NCBI RefSeq assembly: GCF_000315625.1
Contig: NW_005434506.1
Span: forward strand, 1-64,000
Source of the DNA: Guillardia theta CCMP2712
Taxonomy: Eukaryota > Protista > Cryptophyta
DNA length: 64,000 nucleotides
Direction: 5' to 3'
This document shows positions 34,381-47,154 of this stretch, in pieces. Each line of letters starts with the position of its first letter. The stretch's first letter is position 1. The notes below the pieces were generated by a model. It had not been told where the DNA came from. It worked only from the letters and a program-made list of their open reading frames with translations, and made no database searches. The translations under genes and the position numbers were made by a program.

Positions 34381-35800
34381 GCAGATCGAACAAACAGAGC
34401 GACGTCAAGAGACGAAGAGAATAATCATTGTAGTTCACACCTCAATGCAAACAGTGTCCGTGGGATTGCAAAGTGAATCTTCAATTCCCTCCTGCACCAA
34501 GATCAGCTTATTCAAGCAAAAATGCACAAGGGTATAAATAAGCCAGACGTCAAGCAGAGGATACACATAGTCTAGTTAAACTACAGGCAAGAGTGTATTT
34601 TCAGATAGAGTTCACAGCTGCTTCTGTCAGATAAAGACATCTTTACACCCCAAACTAAAAGCGAAGGAAAAATCATCTGGTTGCGACCTTATTCCAACTC
34701 CCACATAACTTCCTTTGACCTCCCCCCTACGCTTGTCAAGAAATCCAACATGTAGTTTGCTATTTTGAGTTTCCAGACCCTACTGGAGTATCACGCTAAA
34801 CTCAACTGAAAGGCATCAGGCAAACTTTCATTCTGCACCCACTACCAAACTTCTCCAAGTGATCATAAGCACAGTGCAACTTTACATCTGGATAAATGGT
34901 AGAGGAAATTCTTGCGAATGTTTGCTCTAAACTAATGTATGTTTTCATCCTTGCTGTTGAATTTTCGCCTAGGCAGCCCCTCTCCCCTTGCCCCCCAAAT
35001 CCCCACGAAGACTTTTCAGTTTCTGTCCTTTATCGTTTTCCTTGAGACACATTCATTTCTGTCTCAGATATAGATTATCAATTCTTTCATCAGTTACATT
35101 ACGTCTATGCCTCCATCCCATCTTCTCTTTCATGCTGAGTATCTGTTCCTGTTGTTCACAGCTCTTTCAACTCTCCCTTGCTCTTGGTCTGAACCATCTC
35201 TCAGCCTTCCTCCTTACCATCTCATCTTCCCTTCACGTGGTTTCCCTCCCATCTTCCTCTGCTCATCTCACCTGCCCAAAGGGCAACATCGTCGCCCGAA
35301 CTCCAGCTAGCCGCCAGAAGCGCATTGCGAAGAGGCGTTTGATATGATGTACAGGACTTTTAAAACCCCAGCAAGGTACAGAAAACTCTAACAAATGTAT
35401 ACAGAAACTATAACATACTTTGTATGAGATTCTACAAAAAAAATGTATTCAACATTTAGTTCATTGATTAAAGCAGTTACAAAGCCGTCCAAGCGCGGTA
35501 TGACAGTAGTGTACTGAAAGGTTTACTCATCACAACAAACCCGGGCATCACTGAACTTCCGAACCCGGGGCCGGCTACCCGGTAGCCTACTGACCGGCGA
35601 CGGTGCCAGGGCGCGGCCCGGCTCCGGACCGACAGGCTGGGACCGACGGCCCCGGGCCCGGTCGGGGACCGAGTAATCCAATGATCAGATGATCACCGTG
35701 AATGAGTCAGTGGCATCGGATCATGATACTGCGGCCGGCAGTGCGCGCAGTTGCCTTTAAGTGAAGGTATCAATTAAGTTTGGCAAGTTGGGGGACAGCA

Positions 35801-36047
35801 GTCGGCAGGAATAGGTCAGGGTTTGGTTCTCGCTGTCTTTTCTCTTCTCGCCCTCAGTTAGTTCAGCCTGTGCGACAGTCCGTGTCCCGGCGGATCCGAA
35901 CTTCAAGCCTCCTCGTCTCTCCTGATTGTCCTCGTACTGATTTTTAACTTAACTTTGAGTAAAGATCTGTACGTATTTTAAAATCCAGGTCGACTCTCCT
36001 GATTGTCCTCGCACAGGCTGAAGTTTTTAACTTAACTTTGAGTAAAG
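35801..36047. repeat. Composite repeat: dispersed repeat copy B, a 14-bp inverted repeat and a duplicated block carrying CTTAACTTTGAGTAAA
   Basis: TTCAGCCTGTGCGA (35862-35875) pairs with TCGCACAGGCTGAA (36009-36022). CTCTCCTGATTGTCCTCG..TTTTTAACTTAACTTTGAGTAAAG starts at both 35917 and 35994. Confidence 0.85.
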
Positions 36048-38183
36048 TCAATCAGGTGGCAGTCACTGACCGGTGACTGGAGCCGCCGGCTCGGCGGCGC
36101 GGCCTCTTGACCCATCACTCCGAGGCTCGCCGGGTGGGCCCGTGCGAGTGCGCTGGCAGACTCGGACATTGTTCTAAAACATGGCTATTCAAAGTGAGTT
36201 TAAAATAGTTCTAACACATTGGGATTTTTAAATTATCGAACAACTATTTTTTCGATTATCAAAATAGTTTTAAACTGTTTATGCGGACTGCAATCTTGCT
36301 ACTATCTCAGAGCAATTTCGAGATCTCCCACTTGACTTAGTTTGAAAAGACTTAATTTGGATCCAAATCTGCTGACATCTCACCCCGCTAAAACTATTTT
36401 AGAATACTATTCAAAACCCTGAGGCCTCCGACTCAGTCCATCAGACATTAAGGTCCCCACCGGTCCAATTGGACCCCGTCTCCTTTCACAATCAGGATCC
36501 CCGCCACAAACATGAGTCACCTTCAAGATCTCGTTTTCTGTAAATGTACACATAATAAATTCATTAACCTGCTGACATTCGATGAAATACCACTACCCCC
36601 TTAATCAAGTACCCCTTTGTTTGACGGGAAACAGTACCCCACCCCTAGTTCCCAGGCTTATTTTAGATCGTCTCTGTGATTGTTCTTCAGAGCTGCCTAG
36701 GGCGTATTTTCAGGAACGGACCCCACCCCTTGACACACTTCTTAGAACTACCCCCATTTCCATCTAGTTTGAGAGAAACTGGTGGGTGGTACACAAGGGA
36801 ATTCTTCATGGGTGTAGGGTGGGGTTTTCTGAGTGGTACGGTTGTCCGAATCGATTGCGGAAGGTATAGGGGTACTCCGACTAGACGGGAGATGGAGGGA
36901 GGGAATCGAAGGGGTAGTCAAGTCTGTGGAGGGGTGATGGGGGCAGTCCAAGATTCGAAGGAAGGGTCATAGGGAGAAAGGGGGTGGGAGAAGCAACAGA
37001 AAGGGGTGGGGTAAAGGGGTGATATATCACAAGGGGGGAGATACAAAAGGAGATCGCCAGGAGATCAAAGATTAATTGAAAGTACGTCGTTTCAAGTTAA
37101 GATCGGCGATCTTGTTTAAAATCTCTTTTACTTCCTTAAGCATACCCTACCCCAGTCATGAGCATACAACTGTCTACAAAATTTGACCAAGAGAGGTCCC
37201 GAATACGGGTAGACCCCACCCCTTTTGATTCAAACATTATCCCAACCTTTAAATTCAAAGTCTCCAACATAAATCTATTGTTCAAATTGGAATTATGTGA
37301 GAAAGGCCTAAAAAAGAAGTGAATACTTCTTAATGGATTGGGAAGACCCCCACCTACTGCAATCCTTTAAGTATACCCCTGCAAAACCAACCCACCCCCT
37401 GTTTTAACCTCATTCGCACGAAACCCCCCTCCCCCACCCAGACATCTCCCTTCATCTCTTCCTGAGATCCAACCCCCCCGATGCTTTATAAATGAACCCG
37501 GGGAAAGCGACACGATGGGGAGAGAAGCAGAGGAGGAGGAGATGTATGACTGTCAGGGAAAGATGGAGGAACGAAGACAGGAAGATCAGAGAGACGAGGC
37601 TGGGCAGATGGAGGCGTTCACAGCATTGAAGAGGAAGGTAGCGGAACAGAATCGCGATGTCAGCCTACGAAGATGTAAGGAGGCTACAAGAGCAGATCAG
37701 GATAGAGGTTCAAGACGAAAGGGCAGACAAAAGATGAATGTTGGAGATTGAGTGAGAAAGGGGAGCGGAGCAAGTCAGGATGGGCAGCAGACGGAAATGT
37801 TGCGCAGGGTATAAGCAGGGCAGGTTGAAAGAAGAGAATAAAACGACGCGCACATCAAGAGCGGATTGAGTTGGAAAAGAACAGTGTGAACAGATGAAAG
37901 GAGGGTGATGTAGATAGAGCCGCATAAAGATGTCAAAAACGAGAAGTCTAGTTGATAGAAAATAGAGATCCGATCCTATTCGGTATTAAGGCGAGGATGT
38001 GCATCTTTACAGTGAAAGAGAACACCATTGAGATCTGAGGGGTGTAGGGGGATCACACATGACTTGTATCACGCAAAGATGGTATATTGGTTGCTTCAGA
38101 GTTTGACCTTTGTCCACAGATCATCTAGAGTTACAAGCAAAGGAAAAAGCGAAAGAATACCTTCCCCGCTCTTCGTCTACGTC

Positions 38184-38861
38184 ATGGACGGAGACAAACA
38201 CAGCGCAGAAATGCCTCTACTCCTCAACAACTCTCTACAGCCATCTATGTGCAGCCCACGCTTCCACCCACTGTCTACTCTGCCTTTCAACATCCACGGG
38301 CTGACCTTGCAAGGGTTTGAGGGCTCGGGCTTTGCGGCCTCTCAGATGGCGATGCTCCTTGCTCCCCACGATGACTCGGTGAGGTCAATCTTAGCGAAGC
38401 GCAAGCTGGAGAAGGATGAGACGGAGACAGAGGACAGCGACAAGTCATCTTCCAAGAGCGGCGATGACCATGAGACAGACAGGGCGAAGTTAAGGCGGCT
38501 CGCGTTCCAGCACGAGGAGCTGAAGACGAGGCTGGCGGAGTCAGAGTGCGAGCTGGACAGGCTGCGGGTTGTTGTGGCTGATCTGCTGGAGGAGAACAAG
38601 AAAGATAAGCATGAGGAAAGCATGAAACAGGACGTGCCCAGGAGATACTGGCTCCAGGAGGAGCACGACAAGTTCCTAGAGGCTCTGCGCATGTACGGCC
38701 CTAAGGCCATGAAGGCGATCTCGGACCACGTGAGGACGAGGACGCCGGTACAAGTGCGGACACACGCTCAGAAATACTTTCAGAAGCTCGCAAGGATCTC
38801 GACACAAGGTGGACAGACGAGCGGGTCGTCGTCAGACACGTTGGACGACATTGCTATCTAA
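38184..38861 (+). CDS. SHAQKYF-class single-repeat MYB transcription factor with upstream coiled coil
   Basis: RRYWLQEEHDKFLEALRMYGPKAMKAISDHVRTRTPVQVRTHAQKYF, preceded by the heptad segment LKTRLAESECELDRLRVVVADLLEEN. Confidence 0.92.
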   Translation: MDGDKHSAEMPLLLNNSLQPSMCSPRFHPLSTLPFNIHGLTLQGFEGSGFAASQMAMLLAPHDDSVRSILAKRKLEKDETETEDSDKSSSKSGDDHETDRAKLRRLAFQHEELKTRLAESECELDRLRVVVADLLEENKKDKHEESMKQDVPRRYWLQEEHDKFLEALRMYGPKAMKAISDHVRTRTPVQVRTHAQKYFQKLARISTQGGQTSGSSSDTLDDIAI

Positions 38862-39094
38862 GAATGTGTATATGAAAGCTTCACCTTCACTGTTGTAGAA
38901 TTATTCCTGCATGTAAGATGATTTGTTCGTTTAATGTAACTTGGTTTGCGACTATTTTCTTTTCCCTTTCCATTCTCGGCCCTCCCTCTACACTCCTCCG
39001 CTCCTACCCCCACACTCGATGTCGTCAGCACTTTCCGCGTCTCGGCTGATCCTTCAGCGAAGAATGCTGGCAAATCTTGCACTTCTCATGTCTC

Positions 39095-40100
39095 ATGTGT
39101 TGACCCCCAGACCCTCCAACTAGCTCAGTGTCAGTACCAGCGAATGTCTTAGGATCCCTGCTGCCCTACTATGGCCTACCCATCTTTCCTGCTCCTTACA
39201 AACTTTCTTCTCCCCCACCCTTGCCCCCAACCACAACCCCTTACGATGCCAGCTCCCCCCTGCTGCTCGCCGTCTCCAGCACCCTTCCTCCTCGTCCCCA
39301 GCTATTCTCACCTTATTCTCGTTGTTGAGGTCTGCCTTGTTCATCACTCTTGTCGCAGCTGCAGGAGCGTTGGCAGCCTCCGCCTCCTGCAACACATGGT
39401 TATCAGCACAGCTCAGGAAAGTGTCCAGCCACTCACTTCCTCCTCTTCTCCCGGCTGTTGCTGACTCGAGCTCGATCCCCAGCTGAAGAGCCCATTCCAC
39501 TGCGCTTCCAGCTCGTCGAGTCCTAAAGGGCAGAGTCAGAGGGACCAAAGGACGAGGCTGCGAGTCTTACCTGGAAGTTTCCGAGGATAGCGCTGGTCCA
39601 CAATGCTCCCCTCCCCTAGATTGTCGTAGTCGACCATGGAGACCGGTACCTCCAGGTCTCCTCCTCCCACCTTGTAGTCATTCTCGTATCGGATGGCAGG
39701 AGCGTCTGCCTCTGCCTCCTCCTCTTCTTTTTCCGCAGCCAAGGCCTGGACCCTGACTTGCTTCAACTTGCGCGCCTGCTCAGCCAACCCATCAGCCAGA
39801 CGCTCTCCTCAGCACCAAGAGTTTACCCTTGGCATGTAGACAACCCTGCCGCTCTGGCGATCAACAAGCATCTCCATCTGCGCGAGGGAGGTCGTGCTCT
39901 GCCAAGTGGTCAGGCCCGGATGCTTCAGATGTGAGTTCACCTGGGAGAAGTTGCCAGAGGCCCCATGGTAGACGATGGCGATGATGGAGATAACGAGAAG
40001 GACGAAGGATGCTGTACCAACACAACCTCAGCGACCGATGGCAGGAGATGCTGCCGTATCACCCGCTGTGAGGGAGGCAGGCGCCTGTTGGCTGAGCCTC
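39095..40100 (-). CDS. Hypothetical single-pass (type II) membrane protein, multi-exon
   Basis: TM-like VGTASFVLLVISIIAIVYHG, followed by GT-AG exons (ORFs 39536-39787, 39120-39548). Ends approximate. Confidence 0.4.
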
Positions 40101-40912
40101 TCTTCCCAATCCTGACAGATCAAGTCAGTGTCAAGCACAAGATCGTCATGCGGTACATCAGGACGCGACTATATATGTTGGAACATAGAATCAGTGCAAC
40201 ATTCCATTTGCACATTAACGGTATGTTCTGGCTATCATACAACACCCCTTGAACTCATGTCCTGACCGTCTGAATTTTCTTTCCTTCTCCTTTCCTTATC
40301 CTCTCGCTCACGCAGCCTTTCAATCTGTCTACCTCGAGTGGGAACAAAAACTAAACTGACTTCCACCGTCGCCTCTCCACTCGTTCATCAGCTTGTCGTG
40401 GTGGAAAGGAAATGCGTGCAGAGAAGGAGAAGAAACCATGGTTGCTATCACATCCCTCTTCCAAGAATGCCAATGCAGAATCCTCATCACGGCTGGTAAC
40501 ACAAAATCGCAACAAACGCGTTCAAACAAACACTTCTACTCTGCCTTCCTGTCGCCGCCACCCATCACCGCCATGTAGAGCTTGGCCAATTATCTCCATC
40601 TACTTCACCATGGTTGCATTCCTCCGAAATTCTTTGTTAGCTTCACTCACCATGTCGCTTCCCCTCCTCCGCCCTCCACGCTCGTCGAGCATGCCGCGTC
40701 TCTTCACTGGCAAACCCTCTTCCCCCCTATTACCCAATCCCACCCACCTCTCCCAACGCCCTTTCTACTACCCTCAAAACTCCCTGAAAACCACCTACCC
40801 CAGATGATTGTTACTACCCCCTAATTTCCCCAGAAAAACACCCCACTCGATGTTGAGTAAACTTGTGGAAGGCATCGGGGGAGGCCAGGGAAACAGCGAT
40901 ATGCGAGATAGC

Positions 40913-43702
40913 ATGGCGCGGCATCGGCTGCTGCTGCTGCTGCTGCCTGCAGCGTCCTTTCTCCTCCAACCGACACTGTCCTTCTCGATCAAGGGAACAA
41001 ACCCTGGCATGCGATGCTCCCCGGCAGCCTCGAAGCTGCTGAGCATGCTGAAGCATAGCAAGGAGCCGATTGCCGGGAAAGCAGGCCGGCCTGCGAGGCT
41101 CAGATTTTGCCCATGGTCGATGTCTTCGGTCGAGAACCAGGCTGAAAGATATCTACAAGAGATGAACCAGTGTAGGATACTCGGTGATAGGTCAAAGACA
41201 GTCACCATCTTCTGGGTTGAAGGGGGCATGCCCGTCAACTACATGTACGAGCGCTCTGATCCTTGTTGAGGTCTGACAGATGTGCAGGATAGACAAGTCA
41301 AGGACCCTGCAGTTTCAGAAGGGGCAGCTGATTGTATGCGCGGAACTGGGCTGTGTGAAGGACCGGAGTTTTAGGAGGCTTATAGAGAAGGTTATGGGAG
41401 CAGACTTGGAAAGTATCTCTTTCACCTGCTTCGGGGATGAGGAGGCGTTTTCAGAGGCCAAGAGGGTGAGACGCTGCTGCTGCTCCCTCTCGCCTCGAGT
41501 AGGATGATGCTGCTGTAGGTGTACGGGTTCTGCCAGCGAGCAGCACAAGGTTGGGAGCGAGAGCAGCCCGTCGACTGGTACGTTCAGCCTGTTGACAATC
41601 ACATGGGGTAAATCAGTCCCTGCAGCTACAAGATCTGCCAAGTGAGCTACGACGAGAATGAGAGGGAGACGAGTAAGGTGCCTGGGTGGATCGAGAAGTC
41701 TAAGGTATGGAGCCGCCTGCTCTTGACTGCTGCCTCTTCTCCTCTCGCTGGCCAAGGTATGACGAAGGGCGAGAAACAAGTTTGGGAGGAGGAAACATAG
41801 AAGATGAGCGAAGGAGGGAGGGGTAGAGAGAGACGGAAAGAATGCACGGGGTAAGAGGGGCTGAGTGTGCGTTAAGCGGCGGGGGGGGGCGGGGCTGTGG
41901 GCGAGGGGGAGGGAGAGGGGGGAAGCAGGTGCAGCGGGGGAGATGGATGTTTCTGACGTTTGTTCAACAGTCTTCCCCAGGCTCCCCTGGTTTCTCTCTC
42001 GTCGTCTCGTCGCCTTCCTGGGTCGTCTTGACGCGATTGACGCTATGCGGTTCTACCCCGAGAGAGTCAGCTCGCAGCTGAACCCTCTACTTGGGATCGG
42101 CATCCTTCCCCTCCTCTCCCAGCAGGAGTGCCAGCTTCTGATCGAGGACGCGGAGGAACATGGGAGGCAGCACGGGTGGACTACGTCGAGGCACAAGACG
42201 CATGCTACCACTGACATCCCGATCGACCGCCTCCCCCGAGGATCGGAGCTGTGGAGGCAGAGCATCGGGCCCAGGATCGCGGAGAGCATCGGGGAGAGGT
42301 TCGGGTTCAGAGCAGGAGAGGTTACCCCCGTCGACGTCTTCCTTGTGCGGTACACAGGAGCAGGACAGAACCAGCTGTCGGTCCACAGGGACGGGGCTCT
42401 GATGACTTTCTCTCTCCTCCTGAACGAGGCGTCTGACTTCCAAGGAGGAGGGACGTTCTTCGAGGAAGACGGGCTGGTGTTCCGCCATGAGCAGGGAGTC
42501 GCCGTGCTGCACAGCGGAAAGATTCGCCATGGCGGCTATCCGATCTCCTCCGGCAGTCGGTACATCCTCGTGGGGTTCTGCCTGGTAGAGTCAGAAAAGT
42601 TGACGCCGCTGCTCAAGGAGTGGAGGTGGGGAGACCCGCGCTGGTACTTGAGCTCGAGCATCGTCAGTGACGAAGAGGTTCTGAACCGGATCTACGACCC
42701 TCGCCGGTCCGCTGCTCCTCCTCTCGCTCAGCCGGCCGATGTGGCAGCAGGGGGGGAGGAGGCGCCGCGTGCTGTGCGAGGAGCTGAAAATCCCAAGTAC
42801 CGACAAGCCGCTGAGAGCATCGCGAGGAAGGTGTGGGGGCGACCGGCTGCTGCTGGTAGTCTGGAGAAGGGGGAGAATGGGGCGAGCTACGAGGAGACGC
42901 TGGGAGAGGGGAGGACCGTCCGATGCTTCTCGGATTCGGCGGAGGGAGACCTCTCCTGCCTGCTCTTGGAGGGCGAGCGAACCATCGGGCATGTGCTCGC
43001 AAAGGACGCGGGAATGAGCGACGAGGAGCTGGGGGAGACGATTCGACGGCTATTCCCGGGGCAGGTCGACAAGAAGGGTGAGCAGGGAGTGAAAGAGGAG
43101 GAGGAGGGATGACTTACTGTGCTACCGCAGACACCTCGAGCGTAAGGATGATCGGTCTAGTTTCAATCGTCCTAGACGATGAGTTCCGGTAGCTTTCTCT
43201 CGCCCGCCCTTCCTCCCTCCTTCCTCTCCCTCCCTCCTTGCCTTTACTTCCTCTCCTTTTACCCTCCCTCCCTCTTCCTCACTCTTCACCTTTCAGAGGG
43301 AAGGGTCTTGGCGTGGAGCTCATGAAGACAACGATGCGGTTCTATCAGCTCCTCGGTTTCGACTTCATTCTCCTTCAGCAGCGCGACACCGGTGCGAATA
43401 CCTCCCTCCTCCTCCTCCTCCTCCTCCAGCCCCTCCCCCCCAACTTCCGCCCTCCAGCTCTCTTCCCTCCCTTCCTCTTTTCTCGTCGTCTCTCAGTCCT
43501 CTCTACTCCCCTTCTCTCTTCCCTGGCATCTCCCTCGGAGCCTCCGATGCTCCGCAGGCTCGCCGTGACGGTCAGTCTGCCAGGTAGCGGCAAACTCATT
43601 CGCTTCTACGAGTCCCTGGGCTTCCGGCAGGCCTACGACTTCATTGAGCTGGCAATGCTGGCCCCCTGCAGAGCTCAGAGCCCAGCAGAGCTGAGAACTT
43701 GA
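40913..43702 (+). CDS. 2OG-Fe(II) dioxygenase (PLOD/prolyl-hydroxylase-like) fused to a C-terminal GNAT acetyltransferase; putative bipartite plastid-targeting leader
   Basis: Dioxygenase: FLVRYTGAGQNQLSVHRDG (HxD) ..LLNEASDFQGGGTFF..HSGKIRHGGYPISSGSRYILVGF. Introns 43078-43130, 43189-43296 and 43392-43583 join in frame to IVLDDEFRGKGLGVELM..LIRFYESLGF (GNAT motifs A and B). Leader MARHRLLLLLLPAASFLLQPTLS-F. Confidence 0.85.
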
Positions 43703-43831
43703 GGCCGCTGGGCTGCGGCAGTGAGCCGGCGCCGGGCCCGCCGAGTTCCAGTTCTTCCGGTTCCGAGCCTCTGCCACGGTGGCCAGTGTCTGCCACGGCG
43801 CGCAGCGTCAGCACGTGATATCGGACCGTCA

Positions 43832-44131
<300 letters not shown>

Positions 44132-44434
44132 TCACAGTCACAGTGTTGCTCAGCCCTCACAACAGAGTCAGTGAAGCAGTCGCACTGTACTGACGTCAGT
44201 GCAGCCCCGTGGCGCTGAACGGTTTTTGGATTTTTAAGTTCAAAAAGTTTAGAAAATTCAGTCGGCTGCTGAGGTTGGTCACGGTTGATCCCACGTACAA
44301 TCAGCGGCTCACGGGCCCGCCGGTCCAGCGGTGTGATGGGGGGCAAAATACAGTAGACCTAGTCAGGCTGAGCGGCATGACCGTCAGTCAGTGACCGTCG
44401 CCGACTGAGTCAGTCACGGTGCCGCATTGAGCCT

Positions 44435-46282
44435 TCAACCGGCCGCGGAGTCCCAGGTCGCCGCATACTCTTCAATTCTTGCTACGGCGTCTTGCATGGT
44501 CAATCGATCTCCGGGGTTGTCGAATATGCAATCTTGTGCAAGTCGCTTGAAGAACTTGGCATCTTCTTGATACTCGATCAGATAATGGAGACCGGACCGC
44601 GAATCAAGCAAAGTGCAGCCGAAGCTGTATACATCGCAGGCAGAGCCGTAAGGTAGCCCCTTGCAAATCTCTGGCGCGATGAAACCGTTTGTCCCTACCA
44701 ATGTCATTGCCTGTTGGTCGCTGGACAGCAATCGGGCCTCGCCGAAGTCCGAGAGTTTGACAACCCCGTTCTTCTTCACCAGCACATTGGCGGGTTTGAC
44801 GTCTCGGTGGATCACGCCCATCCCGTGAACATGACGGATGGCCCGGGCAAGAGCTCCGACAGACCTGATCGGGTCCTTCCAGAAGATGTCTTGACCGCTG
44901 GGACCCATGCCGCTTCCCTGGTGCGCCAACGTGAAATCGAAATGCTCGAGGATGAGGAACTCATCACGGACATAACCTGTCACCTCCAGTACTCCGAAGA
45001 GAATCACCACGTTTTCGTGCTGGCACTTGTGGAGCAGGTGTCCTTCATGCCTGAGCTTGTTGGCCAGGATCGTATCGGCCGACCGCTTCAACGCGTACGT
45101 CCCCGGGGCCTTACCGTCAACAAGCAACTTTGCTTTGAAGACCCGGGCCGACCCTCCGGAAGCAAGTGAGTCAAAGGGCTTTTGCACCACACAGTCGTCA
45201 TTGAAAATCTTGATCTTCTCAACTTCCTCGCATTCCACTTCAAGAATTTGCAGCTGCTCATCGCAGATGTGGTGGATATCAGCTTCACACTCCTTCTCAT
45301 CGATCAGCTTCTGTTTCATCATCTTCGTCGAACTGTTCTTCAACGTATGCTTCAACATGAGCGCGCGCTCCAGAGCATCTCTGGTGAACGTCGCAAGGTT
45401 GGACCCCACGTCTTGAATTACCTGGGTAGACATAGAAAATAGATCATGCCTCGCACACCACGTGAGGGAATGAGCTGCCTTGGAGAGATTACATTCTTCA
45501 TGAGTAGGCAACATGTTGCCAATGATGTCGTTCTTCTCTGGGTCTTGGCAGAAAGCCAGTACATGATCCGCATGCCATCGAAGTTCGGGATCAATATGGC
45601 AGTTGCACAGATAACAAGTACCATTAGCGTTTTCCCAGATATACTTCCTTTGCTTCTTGGTGAGGTGTCGCCTAACGCGGATTTTCCGTACAGAGTCTGA
45701 AAGGAGGATGGTCACCCAGCAAGGCCATTCTTCTTCGTCTCTCTCCTTAATTCGTTCTCCAAGTTCTGTTGCAACTCCCGAAAGCAACTGTTCCTTGCTG
45801 CCCTGGAGAAGTACACCGCGGCCGTTCTGGCAGGCTTGCCTATTGATTTTATGGAATTTTATGAAATCCTTTTTCAAGTCTTCCGTGTCATATCGATGTC
45901 CAAGAAATTCTTGGAGGTATTCACTTCCTTTGACTTTCAAGAGGTGGATACACTGATCTATGACACTCAGATGAGGCCGACTTTCATGTTTGCAATTGCA
46001 CTGCCTCTCCGTTTTTGTCTCGGTACGGTTGTTTTTCTTGCTCAGGCAGTAGAAGCAGCAGTAACAACAGAGCAATGAACACAGCTCACAATTCTTGGTT
46101 AAATCTTTGCTTTGTTTTCGCATCTGCTTCTTCTTCACCTCTCGTATTTCATCTTGTCCTTCTTGTCCCTTGTTGTTCTTGTACCTCTCTTCGTGTCCAG
46201 CATCTCCTGCCCCTTCACTCCCAATCATTTCAGGGGTTTCTTCCTTCTCTTCCTTCTCCGCATCTCGACCGCTGTCGCGCAT
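44435..46282 (-). CDS. Intronless HNH endonuclease-Ser/Thr protein kinase fusion (615 aa)
   Basis: HNH: RRHLTKKQRKYIW..GTCYLC..WHADHV..IGNMLPTHEECNLSK. Kinase: LASGGSARV, YALK, RHEGHLL, HRDVKPAN, DFG, APE, DVYSFG, PGDR. N-terminal Cys cluster LLCCYCCFYCL. Confidence 0.93.
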   Translation of the reverse strand: MRDSGRDAEKEEKEETPEMIGSEGAGDAGHEERYKNNKGQEGQDEIREVKKKQMRKQSKDLTKNCELCSLLCCYCCFYCLSKKNNRTETKTERQCNCKHESRPHLSVIDQCIHLLKVKGSEYLQEFLGHRYDTEDLKKDFIKFHKINRQACQNGRGVLLQGSKEQLLSGVATELGERIKERDEEEWPCWVTILLSDSVRKIRVRRHLTKKQRKYIWENANGTCYLCNCHIDPELRWHADHVLAFCQDPEKNDIIGNMLPTHEECNLSKAAHSLTWCARHDLFSMSTQVIQDVGSNLATFTRDALERALMLKHTLKNSSTKMMKQKLIDEKECEADIHHICDEQLQILEVECEEVEKIKIFNDDCVVQKPFDSLASGGSARVFKAKLLVDGKAPGTYALKRSADTILANKLRHEGHLLHKCQHENVVILFGVLEVTGYVRDEFLILEHFDFTLAHQGSGMGPSGQDIFWKDPIRSVGALARAIRHVHGMGVIHRDVKPANVLVKKNGVVKLSDFGEARLLSSDQQAMTLVGTNGFIAPEICKGLPYGSACDVYSFGCTLLDSRSGLHYLIEYQEDAKFFKRLAQDCIFDNPGDRLTMQDAVARIEEYAATWDSAAG

Positions 46283-47154
46283 GCCCGATCTGGTCGATTA
46301 TCCATCAGTTTCGAGGATTGATACTGAAATACCCCCAGTACCCCCCAGTGTACCCCTGAAGTTTGATCACCCCAACTTGCTCAATTGATGACCCCACCCT
46401 TGTAGGTGAACTTTCATTGATTCCTCTGCACTACCCCACCGCTCAGATGGGTAGGAGTTTTATTAATCGGATTGTAAAAATAACTCAAACTGAGATGCCA
46501 GTACTTTGTATGGTGAAGAGAAGGCGGGGCACCTGTACACCCCACCCCGAGATTCTGCAGAAACTGTGCTGAGAAGTACCCTCCCCCCCCCCCCCCCATC
46601 CCGGGTGCTATTGTTTAGTTATTGGTTTAGCTCAGAGGTCCACCATTTTTACCTTAACTTTGAGTAAAAAGATCTGTTCAGACAGAACACAAGAGGTAGA
46701 GTAGAGCCAAGGAAGATTGACGTGCAAATGAGGAAGCGAAATGAGGCATAAGGCCGAGAGATACGCGGAGAGTTCTTGAGGAGGGCGGGTTTGGGCTTGT
46801 AGTACAGCAGCGGCTATGGCGTAGTGCTGGCTACTTGCAATGATGGTTCGAGGGTGTTCGTACAGCAAAGACGTTACGCACAGTGAAAGACACAGAGGTC
46901 AATACCTCCATCTTCTGGGATCCAAGAAGGTAAGGCAACCAATACCTCCGCACTAACGCCAAATTGAACTTTCATTCTGTTGTCTGTTTTGATCGATAGC
47001 TTGCGGCTCCTTGTGCAAGTTGATTTCGTTATAACACTTCCATCATGACGCTGAGTTTTTGCTTTTCTCGCTTCTACAAATCAAATCCCCAATCACCATC
47101 TGCCTTGTTGCGCTCTGGTCTTCAAAAAAGTTGAATAAACTACTTCATGCAAGG

